Assembly: GCA_913051775.1 (NCBI GenBank)
Contig: CAJXCL010000003.1
Location: forward strand, 3,492 to 67,491
DNA length: 64,000 bases
DNA from: an uncultured Nitrospirota bacterium
GTDB taxonomy: Bacteria > Nitrospinota > Nitrospinia > CAJXCL01
Direction: 5' to 3'
The translations under genes were made by a program, and so were the position numbers. Positions 30,620-40,924 of this stretch are shown here, in pieces (the stretch's first letter is position 1; each line of letters starts with the position of its first letter). The notes beneath the pieces are model-generated. The model ran no database searches. It worked only from the letters and a program-made list of their open reading frames with translations, and was not told the DNA's origin.

Positions 30620-30844
30620 ATGCTTACTCTTATTTCAAATAAAACTTTAACACAAAACGTTTTAAGAAATACCGGCAATGTCAAATCAAGGTTGGCAAGT
30701 TCTGTCGGCAGGCTTGCTTCGGGAAAACGTATCTTAAAAGCATCCGATGACGCTGCCGGTTTATCTATATTAGCACGTTTAAATTCGGACATTCGCGTTT
30801 TGCAAAAGAAATCTCATGCTTTCGTGAAAGCGAAATTCAATTAA
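30620..30844 (+). pseudogene. Flagellin N-terminal fragment
   Basis: RLASSVGRLASGKRILKASDDAAGLSILARLNSDIRVL matches the flagellin N-terminal motif (RLSSGLRINSAADDAAGLAI); stops after 74 aa. Confidence 0.8.
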
Positions 30845-30910
30845 ATACCTCTTTGCGGGCATTAGAACAGTCCCAATTTTTGTCGAGAAATATTGGTTCC
30901 CTCCTGAACA

Positions 30911-32167
30911 TTAGGACTTAATCCTGGATTTAACGCTTTCCACAATATTTTTTAAAGGGATTTCTTCCTGTTGAGACGTTTGCATATTTCTCAAAATCAA
31001 TTTTTCATTTTTTAATTCATTTTCGCCGATAATTAATGTGAAATCTGCACCCGACCGATCAGCTTTTCTCATTTGACTTTTCAAGCTACCTTGATTACTG
31101 CTCCAATCCGATGGAATAGCATCCATTCTTAACTTATTTAATAATTGAAATGCCGCCTCCTTAGCTATGTCTCCCAGAGACACAATGAAAACATTTGGTT
31201 TGAAAGTAAATTTTCCTTGATGCTCCACCAAAGAAATAATTCTTTCAACTCCCATGGCAAACCCAACAGCAGGGGTTTGAGGCCCTCCAAATTCTTTTAC
31301 AAGCCCGTCATAGCGTCCACCGCCCGCGACCGCGTTTTGTGCTCCAAGACCGGAAGCCAAAACTTCAAAAGCTGTTCGGGAATAATAATCAAGCCCTCTC
31401 ACAAGTCTGAGATTTATTTTGAAAGGGGTATCAAGTTTATTGAGAAGGTTTTGTACCTGATCAAAGTTTACTTTGCATTTTTCACAACGGAACTGATCTA
31501 TCGTCGGGGCATTGTTAACAATTTCAATGCATCCTTTGTTTTTACAATCTAAAATTCTTAAAGGATTCTTAACATTACGTTGATTACAGTTTTTGCACAA
31601 AGCATTAAGCCTCGAGTTGAAATATTTTTGCAGTTTATCTCTATAAATGGGGCGGCAAGCAGTACATCCGATATTGTTCAAATTTAATTCCAGGCTGGGA
31701 ATTCCTACCCGTCTCAAAAGCTCCATCAAAATAAAAATTACCTCTGCGTCAATAGAAGGGTCTTCCGATCCGAATGCTTCAACACCTATTTGATAAAACT
31801 GGCGAAACCTGCCTGACTGAGGGCGTTCATAACGAAACATGGGTCCTGAATAATATAATTTAACCACAGAAGCAGGATTATACATCTGATGTTCCACAAA
31901 GGCTCTTGCAATAGAAGCAGTCCCTTCAGGGCGGAGAGTTATACTTTCATCACCTTTATCTTTAAAAGTGTACATTTCCTTTTCTACAATATCAGTATCC
32001 TCTCCAATGCTGCGGGAAAAGACCGTGGTTTTTTCAAAAACAGGAACCCTGATTTCATAATAGCAAAATGTTTCAAAAAGCTCTTTCGCAGTTTTTTCAA
32101 GAAAATGCCATTTTCCTATATCTTTAGGGAGGATATCTTTTACGCCTTTAATTGCCTGATATTTCAT
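30911..32167 (-). CDS. hisS: Histidine-tRNA ligase
   Basis: KEMYTF, LRPEGTA, MFRYERPQSGRFRQFYQIGVE, LVRGLDYY and GGGRYDGL motifs. Confidence 0.97.
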   Translation of the reverse strand: MKYQAIKGVKDILPKDIGKWHFLEKTAKELFETFCYYEIRVPVFEKTTVFSRSIGEDTDIVEKEMYTFKDKGDESITLRPEGTASIARAFVEHQMYNPASVVKLYYSGPMFRYERPQSGRFRQFYQIGVEAFGSEDPSIDAEVIFILMELLRRVGIPSLELNLNNIGCTACRPIYRDKLQKYFNSRLNALCKNCNQRNVKNPLRILDCKNKGCIEIVNNAPTIDQFRCEKCKVNFDQVQNLLNKLDTPFKINLRLVRGLDYYSRTAFEVLASGLGAQNAVAGGGRYDGLVKEFGGPQTPAVGFAMGVERIISLVEHQGKFTFKPNVFIVSLGDIAKEAAFQLLNKLRMDAIPSDWSSNQGSLKSQMRKADRSGADFTLIIGENELKNEKLILRNMQTSQQEEIPLKNIVESVKSRIKS

Positions 32168-32270
32168 ATTAAAAGGATTTTAGATGGGATAACAGGATAA
32201 ACAAGATGATTTTAAAAAATAAATCCAGTCGATCCTCTCCACCTTGTCTAAAAGTTTCTTAATTAAATTA

Positions 32271-32996
32271 TTAAAAATATTTTTCCAATAGCGGCAGAAT
32301 CTCGCCAGCTTTCCCAAGATAAGAATCATCTACCATATCGGAAATAGGAGTTTCTTCCGCGTTTACTTCAATCACAAATGCTCCGGCATTCTTAGCTATT
32401 CTCGGAAGGGATGCCGCAGGTTGTACTACTGCTGATGTTCCTACCACAATCATCAAGTCACAGATTTCTACCGTTTCATATGACGATTGAATGGCTTCAA
32501 CAGGCAGTGACTCGCCAAACCAGACTATATTTGGCCTGAGGATTGCCCCGCATTCACACATCGGCGGAATATTTTTTAAAGGGCTTCCCAGGTTGTCCGC
32601 TACGTTCCCTTCTTCAGTACACCGTGTTTTCCAGATATTTCCATGAAGTTCTACACATTTTACACTTCCTGCTTTCTGATGCAGTCCATCAACATTTTGG
32701 GTTATTAATTTAAAGGACGACTTTTTTTGCTCAACCGAGGCTATTACTTTGTGACCAGCGTTCGGATAAAGGGGTTTAATTAAATTTCTTCTCCAGTCAT
32801 ACCATTCCCATACAAGTTTTGGATTGCGTTGAAAAGCAATAGGAGTAGCCAGTTCCTCGGCCCTGAAATTCCGCCACAACCCTTCTTCTCCGCGAAATGT
32901 AGGAACACCGCTTTCCGCTGATATACCAGCTCCTGTCAGAAATACAACCTTTTCAGAATTTTGAATGGCTTTTATTGTTTCATCAGAAATATGCAT
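32271..32996 (-). CDS. cobB: NAD-dependent deacylase (sirtuin)
   Basis: TGAGISAESGVPTFRG, ITQNVDGLH, ELHGNI, RPNIVWFGE and VGTSAVVQPAA motifs. Confidence 0.95.
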   Translation of the reverse strand: MHISDETIKAIQNSEKVVFLTGAGISAESGVPTFRGEEGLWRNFRAEELATPIAFQRNPKLVWEWYDWRRNLIKPLYPNAGHKVIASVEQKKSSFKLITQNVDGLHQKAGSVKCVELHGNIWKTRCTEEGNVADNLGSPLKNIPPMCECGAILRPNIVWFGESLPVEAIQSSYETVEICDLMIVVGTSAVVQPAASLPRIAKNAGAFVIEVNAEETPISDMVDDSYLGKAGEILPLLEKYF

Positions 32997-33103
32997 TTTT
33001 GAAATAAATTATATGTATCGCACTCATGTGTGATTGTCAATTGTATTTGGTTAAACGATAGGAGTTCAGTTAATAATGATCAATTAAGAATTAACAATAA
33101 AGT

Positions 33104-33135
33104 CCCCTCTTGAAAGGGAATTTAGGGGTGTGTTA
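33104..33135 (+). repeat. Short hairpin repeat CCCCTCTTGAAAGGGAATTTAGGGGTGTG
   Basis: Related sequence nested inside family B copy 5 (45449-45497). Confidence 0.45.
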
Positions 33136-33179
33136 TTTTAACAAAGAGTAAAAGAGATGAATTAAGGCTAAGCTGAAGT

Positions 33180-34118
<939 letters not shown>

Positions 34119-34255
34119 TCATGTTAGACACCGCTTAGCGTTGATATCCTATGACGAATAATCATAACTAATCTGCGCTTATCTGCGTCCAATTAAATAT
34201 TAAGGTTTTACTTCATGCTTTTTATGATCGCATCAGTAAATTCATTTCATGTGAT

Positions 34256-36166
34256 TTAGGCATTTGACTTTGCGTATCCCAGAGAGCCGCCTGCTTTTAG
34301 AATAGCAATATCTCTTGAACTTAACGAATGTACTATTGGAATGTCAGTCCCTTTTGTGATATTTTTAAGTATTAAGTTTCCACTCAAATTGGAAACATCC
34401 AGTTCCAATTCGTCATTTTGGTCTATCCCACTGTAATCGTTTTCATTCGCAAAGTTAACCGGGAGAATTCCGAAATTAATCAGGTTTGCCAGATGAATTC
34501 TCGCAAAAGATTTTGTTAATACCGCTCTTACCCCTAGATACATGGGCGCCAGGGCAGCGTGTTCTCTGCTTGATCCCTGTCCGTAATTTGCACCTCCCAC
34601 AACAAAACCGCCGCCTGATTCTTTTGCGCGCATAGCAAAATCAGCGTCAACAACGGAAAACACGTACTCGGAAATAGCAGGCACATTCGACCTTAGAGGC
34701 AAAATTTTTGCTCCGGCAGGCATAATATGGTCTGTAGTAATATTGTCTTCTACCTTTAGCAGGACTTTCCCGGATATTTTATCCGACAGTTTATCTTTAA
34801 TTGGTAGAGGCTTTATATTAGGTCCGCGAACAACTTCCACTTTCTTGCGGGTTGGCGGTATTATCATATTATCGTTAATGTCGAATGTTTTAGGCATTTT
34901 AATGTTTGGAGGTCTATTACCCAGGGTTCTCGGGTCGGTGATTTTTCCTTTGAGCGCGCAGGCTGCTGCAACTTCCGGGCTTGATAAATAGGACTGGGCG
35001 CTCTTTGTGCCGCTTCGTCCGAGAAAATTTCTATTGAATGTCCTGATTGAAACCGCGTTTGTGGATGGCGCCTGTCCCATGCCTATGCAGGGGCCGCATG
35101 TGGATTCCATTATTCTACCTCCTGCTTCTATGATGTCCGATATAGCGCCGTTTTTAGAAATCATGTTGAAAACCTGCTTGGAACCGGGTGAAATAACAAG
35201 GCTGACTTCTGGATGAACGGTTTTACCTTTCAGGATTTTAGCCACGGTCATTAGGTCTTTATAAGACGAGTTGGTACAGCTTCCAATAGCAACCTGATTT
35301 ACTTTTATATTTTTTAATTCCTTTACTTTACAGACGTTATCCGGTAAGTGAGGTTTAGCGATAAGGGGTTCTAATTTGCGAAGGTCTATTTCCACAACTT
35401 CATCGTATTCCGCGCTTGTGTCCGCTTCGATAGCTGCCCAATGTTTTACTCGTTTTTCCGATGCTAAAAACTGCTTGGTGATTTTATCGCTGGGAAATAC
35501 AGAAGTAGTGGCTCCCAACTCAGCACCCATGTTTGTTATTGTGGCTCTTTCCGGTACAGATAGATGTTTTACTCCTTCTCCTCCATATTCAAACACTTTC
35601 CCAACTCCGCCTTTTACTGTCAGCCGTCTTAACAACTCAAGAATAATATCTTTTGCTGAAACCCAGGGTCTAAGTTTTCCATTTAACTTGACAAGGACAA
35701 CTTTCGGCATGTTTAAAAAGAAAGGCTGGCCTCCCATGGCAAGAGCTACATCAAGACCGCCTGCGCCCATTGCAAGCATGCCAAGACCTCCCTGTGTAGG
35801 AGTGTGACTGTCTGAACCAAGCAGTGTCTGTCCTGGCACACCGAATCTCTCGAGATGAACTTGATGGCATATTCCGTTTCCCGGACGGGAAAAATAAATC
35901 CCATGTTTTGCAGCGATAGTTTGTAAAAACAGATGATCGTCGGCGTTTTCAAATCCGGTTTGAAGGGTATTGTGATCTATATAGCTTACAGATAATTTAG
36001 TTTTTACGCGCGGAATACCGAGGGCCTCAAACTGAAGATAAGCCATCGTACCAGTGGCGTCTTGGGTGAGGGTTTGATCTATCTTGATTGAAACTTTCTC
36101 ACCCGCTTTCATTTCTCCGGAGACTACATGCTTTTTGATGATTTTCTGAGTAAGATTTAAGTTCAT
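34256..36166 (-). CDS. Aconitate hydratase (short, about 640 aa type)
   Basis: DQTLTQDATGT, GNGICHQVHLE, GSDSHT, IGSCTN, CGPCIGM, RTFNRNF, ITTDHI and NYGQGSSREHA motifs. Confidence 0.93.
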   Translation of the reverse strand: MNLNLTQKIIKKHVVSGEMKAGEKVSIKIDQTLTQDATGTMAYLQFEALGIPRVKTKLSVSYIDHNTLQTGFENADDHLFLQTIAAKHGIYFSRPGNGICHQVHLERFGVPGQTLLGSDSHTPTQGGLGMLAMGAGGLDVALAMGGQPFFLNMPKVVLVKLNGKLRPWVSAKDIILELLRRLTVKGGVGKVFEYGGEGVKHLSVPERATITNMGAELGATTSVFPSDKITKQFLASEKRVKHWAAIEADTSAEYDEVVEIDLRKLEPLIAKPHLPDNVCKVKELKNIKVNQVAIGSCTNSSYKDLMTVAKILKGKTVHPEVSLVISPGSKQVFNMISKNGAISDIIEAGGRIMESTCGPCIGMGQAPSTNAVSIRTFNRNFLGRSGTKSAQSYLSSPEVAAACALKGKITDPRTLGNRPPNIKMPKTFDINDNMIIPPTRKKVEVVRGPNIKPLPIKDKLSDKISGKVLLKVEDNITTDHIMPAGAKILPLRSNVPAISEYVFSVVDADFAMRAKESGGGFVVGGANYGQGSSREHAALAPMYLGVRAVLTKSFARIHLANLINFGILPVNFANENDYSGIDQNDELELDVSNLSGNLILKNITKGTDIPIVHSLSSRDIAILKAGGSLGYAKSNA

Positions 36167-36416
36167 TTCTTTTTTTTATCCTCCTTATAAATAGTAGATG
36201 ATTAATATAATTTATAGATATAAAGTGTTTTGGTAGTTTTTCCAAATCAGTTGAATAACATGGTATTTTTTTTAATTAAACGACAGATTTTTCATTATCA
36301 TTTGAATGGATATATTTTGTCAAGCACCTTAGAGAAGAAAAACCACAAATTTTTCAGTGTGGCTTTGCCACAGTCAGTAAATAATCTTAACTACGAAGAT
36401 CACGAAAGGCACAGCG

Positions 36417-37326
36417 CGGCAACGCATTATATCTTTTTTAGGAGCCTTCCATGGCAGGACGTTTGGGGCGCTGTCTCTTACAGACAGCAAGATCAGGCAG
36501 ATAAAGCATTTTGCGCCGCTTGTCCCGGAAGTGCATCATATCCCTTACGGATACTGTTATCGTTGCCCATACAATCTGACTTATCCAAAATGCAAAATTT
36601 ACTGTATTACCTATATTGAAGAGGAACTTTTTAAGAAAGATATCCCGCCGGATGAAGTCTGTGCTTTTATTGTGGAGCCGATTCAGGGGGAAGGGGGATA
36701 TATCGTGCCCCCGCCGGAATATCATCCCATGCTGAAAAAATTGGCGAAAAAAAACGGCATTCTTTATATCGCTGATGAAGTGCAGGCCGGTATGGGTAGA
36801 ACAGGAAAAATGTTCGCCATTGAACACTGGAGTGTGGAACCGGACATAATATGCCTTGCAAAAGGAATAGCCTCCGGCCTACCACTTGGAGCTATGATTG
36901 CCAGATCAAAACTGATGGTTTGGGGAAAAGGAGCACATGCCAGCACATTAGGTGGAAACCCGTTATCTTGCAGGGCTTCCCTGAAAACGATTGAGTTACT
37001 CCAGAAAAAATACATAAATAACGCCGCAAAAGTAGGAGCGTACATGATTAACAGGCTGAAAGCTATGCAAGAAAAATCACAGGTTATCGGTGATGTGCGC
37101 GGCAAAGGACTTATGATAGCTGCTGAAATTGTCAAAAATAAAAAAACGAAAACAAAAGTGCCGGAGATCAGGGAAACCATAATACAGAAATGCTTTAAAA
37201 AAGGACTGCTCCTTTTAGGATGCGGTGATACAGCCTTCGATTCAGCCTATTATTGATCGTTGCCAAACAGGCAGCAGATAAAGCGCTGGAAACATTTGAA
37301 GGGTCGTTAAAAACTATTAAGAAATA
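36417..37326 (+). pseudogene. Class III PLP aminotransferase, 5'-truncated and frameshifted
   Basis: Reading begins RQRIISFLGAFHGRTFG after an in-frame TAA at 36378; EPIQGEGG, ADEVQAGMGRTG, AKGIASG and GDVRGKGL motifs. The N-terminal region is missing, and a frameshift near 37235 puts LRFS...ADKALETF in another frame. Confidence 0.85.
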
Positions 37327-37544
37327 ATTTACTGCGGAGTCTACTGATAAAGGAGAGAAAAGATTTAAATTCTTTGACAGGATTAACAAGATTTACCTGA
37401 TTTTTTTATTTTTTCCAACAATGTGGAAAAAAAGAAATCCAGTCCATCCAGTATATCCTGCCTAAAAAAGGTTTTTCTCTGCGTTCTATTTCTTTGATTG
37501 CGGCCAAAGGCCGCGCTAAGTACTCGCCGCTTAATAATGTTTAA

Positions 37545-38018
37545 CTAACTTTCTTTAGAATCAAGTGGTAAAATTACTTCTAACATTGGATAACCAGTAT
37601 TAGTAATTATTGCAGCATTTTTCTGCGTTTGGATAGTATGAGTTTCGCCCGATGGGATTTCTGAATCAATGTCTATTGTATCTCCCTTGACGATATAAGC
37701 TCCGGCTAAATTCGGATCCAGGTTTGTGATCGTTAAGTCGTCGAGTCCTTCCGGGATATCAAAGGTCGACTCTTCACCAAGCCTCATTTTTCTCACCCTT
37801 ATTACCACGTCTAAGATTGGAGCCCCCAGGTTAATAACTTTCAGAGAACCATGATGGGTATGGACACGTTGGGTTTCACCCGGCTGGATTTTTCTGCTAC
37901 CTTGTGTTCTATCTCCTTTGACGGAATACAATCCTTCTGCTTCCGGATCCAAGTTTGTGATCGTTAAGTTGTCGTGTCCTTGTGGAATATCATAGGACTC
38001 TGTTTCGCTAAGCTTCAT
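37545..38018 (-). CDS. Hypothetical protein made of two tandem copies of an approximately 75-aa domain
   Basis: AAAGGAGG SD; M.L.E...DIP.G.D.LTITNLDP...G.Y.VKGD....I..GET......N.G.P.L.V occurs twice; DNA-level repeat TTTGTGATCGTTAAGT in both halves. Confidence 0.8.
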   Translation of the reverse strand: MKLSETESYDIPQGHDNLTITNLDPEAEGLYSVKGDRTQGSRKIQPGETQRVHTHHGSLKVINLGAPILDVVIRVRKMRLGEESTFDIPEGLDDLTITNLDPNLAGAYIVKGDTIDIDSEIPSGETHTIQTQKNAAIITNTGYPMLEVILPLDSKES

Positions 38019-38442
38019 GTGTATCCTCCTTTGTTTTTTTTAATATGTTAGAGAAATGTTATCTGATTAAAATCCTCAAAATAGGAATCCATTCTTTTTC
38101 AATATGCCTATAATGTGTTCCTCCTTCCCGATAACGCGACAACAAGCTGTCAAACTTTTAAACAAACTGCGAAAAAGCACAATAGATTCTTCCCTAGATT
38201 TAAAAATAACATAGCACATAAAACTTTCGATTAAAAGCTTGATGTTTTTTTTATTAGAATCAATTCACAGATTGTTTAAGAATCCATGATTTTTAGCAAA
38301 AACCTTATGGATGGCCTTTTATGCTGGTTTTACGATATACTTGATTTAGTTATTTGTGTTGACATTGCTAATTAGTGTGAAGGTGTTGCTGTTTTTGCTG
38401 TTGTTAAAGTTAGGCACTTTCCGTTAAAATCTAAATAACTAT

Positions 38443-39290
38443 ATGCTGTCGTTTGAACCTACAGAAGATCATAAGATAATCCGAGAAACGGTTCGAAAGT
38501 TTGCCGAACGGGAGATGGCGCCCGGTATACGTGAGCGGGACGCAAAAGAAGAATTCGATACATCCCTGCTTCAAAAAAAGGCTGAGACCGAATTATTGGG
38601 AATATGCCTGCCGCAAAAATATGGTGGCGCGGGCATGGACTATATCTCCCTGGGCATTGCATGCGAGGAACTGGAAAGAGTAGACACGGCGGTTCGGGTT
38701 ATCATGTCAGTTCATGTGGGTTTGAACAGTCTTGCCTTGCTGCAATGGGGCACTGAAGAACAGAAAGAAAAATATTTAGCGCGGCAGACAGAAGGAAAAC
38801 AGTTTGCCGCGTTCGGATTAATAGAACCGGGGGCAGGATCTGATGTTATTGGAATACAAACAACAGCAAAGAAAGAGGCAAACATTATATCCTGAACGGT
38901 GAAAAGACATGGATATCCCTTGCGGATATTGCGGATAATCATTTAATCTTTGCCTATACGGATAAATCAAAAAAACACAACGGAATCAGCGCGTTTATAG
39001 TTGAAAAAAATTTTGAAGGAGTAAAAACCTCAACTTTACACGGAAAATTAGAAGTAAGGGCTGGCAATACAGGCAGTATTGCGTTGAATGACGTAAAAGT
39101 TCCTGAAGAAAATCTATTAGGAAAAGAAGGGGAGGGGTTTAAAATTGCCATGTCTGCTCTGGATAACGGAAGGTTTACTGTAGCGTCCGGCTCCGTCGGT
39201 GTCATCCAGGCGGAATACGCTTTGGGATACCGTAAAGATAAAGACCTTCGCTGCACACTCCCCCAATGGCCTTTTGAGCTTGATAAGTAA
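38443..39290 (+). pseudogene. Acyl-CoA dehydrogenase, frameshifted and internally deleted
   Basis: YGGAGMD, LIEPGAGSD, then a frameshift near 38876 to YILNGEKTWIS...GFKIAMSALDNGRF; the sequence then jumps from VIQA directly to the terminal EYALGYRKDK...WPFE. Confidence 0.88.
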
Positions 39291-39332
39291 AAAAATATGC
39301 ACGCGCCCTTTGCGTTTTCCGCGGTAAATATT

Positions 39333-39384
39333 TGAAAGTGTTTAGCGAGCGCATTCCCCGTAGATTGCTGCTGGGAGTTTCAAT
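39333..39384 (+). repeat. Repeat family B, copy 4 (short form)
   Basis: TGAAAGTGTTTAGCGAGCGCATTCCCCGTAGATTGCTGCTGGGAGTTTCAAT. Confidence 0.75.
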
Positions 39385-39396
39385 AAAGAATGTTTT

Positions 39397-40488
39397 TTAC
39401 TTTTTTGCCTCATTAATTCTTTGTTCTGCGATTCTTTTCGCAACCAAATTAGCGGGCGCATTTTCTTCTTTTGATATTTTTAATATGTCCAGCACTGTGG
39501 AATAAATATCTTCCACTTTATCAAAAACATACTTCCAGTTGTAACCAATAACTTCTGAGTAGCAGTTGATCAATCCGCCCGCGTTTATCACAAAATCCGG
39601 CGCGTAAATAATCCCTTTTTCCATTATCATTTTTCCGTGGACGTTTTCGTCAGTCAGCTGATTATTGGCTCCTCCTGCTATGATTGAACATTTTAATCTG
39701 CGTAATGTGTCGTCGTTCAGGGTTGCGCCAAGCGCGCATGGTGAATATATATCCATTTCCATATCATAAACTTTATCTACACCTACAGGCTCCACATTAT
39801 ATTTTTTAGACAATTCCTTTACTTTTTCTTCATTAATATCGCTTATATAAACCTTCGCGTTTTCTTTAGCAAGCCATTCAACGAGGTGCATGCCAACATG
39901 TCCCGCTCCCTGGACAATAATTATTTTGTTTTCAAGGCCGCTGTTTCCGTAACATAGTTTCGCGCATGCCTTCATTCCCATGTAAATACCATGAGCGGTT
40001 TTTGGAGAAGGGTCTCCGGCACCCCCAGTGGATTCCGGTAAACAGGTCACATGGTTCGTTTCAATTTTTATATACTTCATGTCATTTGATGAAGTGCCTA
40101 TATCTTGAGCTGTTATATATTTTCCATTGAGACTTTCAATAAACTGCCCAAACCTGCGGAACAATTCCGGAGACTTATTTTTTATTGAATTATCAATAAT
40201 CACAGCCTTTCCACCGCCAAGGTTTAATCCCGCGACAGAAGCTTTGTAAGTCATAGATTTGGATAATCTTAATGCGTCCCGGATTGCTTCCAGCCCATTT
40301 TTATAATGCCACATCCTGACGCCACCAAGGCTCGGGCCAAGGGCGGTATCGTGGATGGCGATAATTGCCTTTAAGCCTGTTTTATTGTCCTCGCAAAAAA
40401 CAACCTGCTCATGCTCGTGTTCTGGCATTTTATTTATTATTGAAGGTTCAAAAAAAGATCTGTTTTTTACTTCTCTCATGTCTTCCAT
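39397..40488 (-). CDS. Glu/Leu/Phe/Val dehydrogenase (leucine dehydrogenase-like)
   Basis: IAIHDTALGPSLGGVR, MTYKASVAGLNLGGGKAVI, QGAGHVG, PCALG, GGANNQL and APDFVINAGGLI motifs. Confidence 0.93.
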   Translation of the reverse strand: MEDMREVKNRSFFEPSIINKMPEHEHEQVVFCEDNKTGLKAIIAIHDTALGPSLGGVRMWHYKNGLEAIRDALRLSKSMTYKASVAGLNLGGGKAVIIDNSIKNKSPELFRRFGQFIESLNGKYITAQDIGTSSNDMKYIKIETNHVTCLPESTGGAGDPSPKTAHGIYMGMKACAKLCYGNSGLENKIIIVQGAGHVGMHLVEWLAKENAKVYISDINEEKVKELSKKYNVEPVGVDKVYDMEMDIYSPCALGATLNDDTLRRLKCSIIAGGANNQLTDENVHGKMIMEKGIIYAPDFVINAGGLINCYSEVIGYNWKYVFDKVEDIYSTVLDILKISKEENAPANLVAKRIAEQRINEAKK

Positions 40489-40603
40489 CCTGAAAAATTA
40501 AGCCTTATTAATAATTATAATCCCTGTTTTCGTTAATAGATATGTATAACAAAATTTAAAATGTTACAATTATGTTTTATTAAAAGACGGAGGATTTTTA
40601 TAA

Positions 40604-40900
40604 ATGATTAGGCATATTGTGTTTTTTAAATTCAAGCCAGAGATCGCAGAGGAGCAAAAAAATAAACTCGTGGAAGATCTTAAAACATTAAAGAAAAAAA
40701 TACCTTTAATACAGCGGCTGGAGGTGGGATTTGATATTGGCAAGAAACCAAATTCATATGATATGGCGCTGAATACAGATTTTAATACACGGGAAGACGT
40801 AGAAAAATACAGCATTCACCCTGATCATGTTACTGTTGTAGTGTTTATCAAACAGATTTGTGAGGATGTTTGTAAAATTGATTATGAGGTTAATGATTAA
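40604..40900 (+). CDS. Dabb (stress-responsive alpha/beta barrel) protein
   Basis: MIRHIVFFKFK start, Y..HPDH and DYE motifs. Confidence 0.88.
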   Translation: MIRHIVFFKFKPEIAEEQKNKLVEDLKTLKKKIPLIQRLEVGFDIGKKPNSYDMALNTDFNTREDVEKYSIHPDHVTVVVFIKQICEDVCKIDYEVND

Positions 40901-40924
40901 TGAATTTAAAAATCTCGTTAGGAT

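Noticed and set aside
36230-36619. 129-aa ORF
   Set aside because: Alternate-frame shadow of the aminotransferase pseudogene plus AT-rich upstream DNA.
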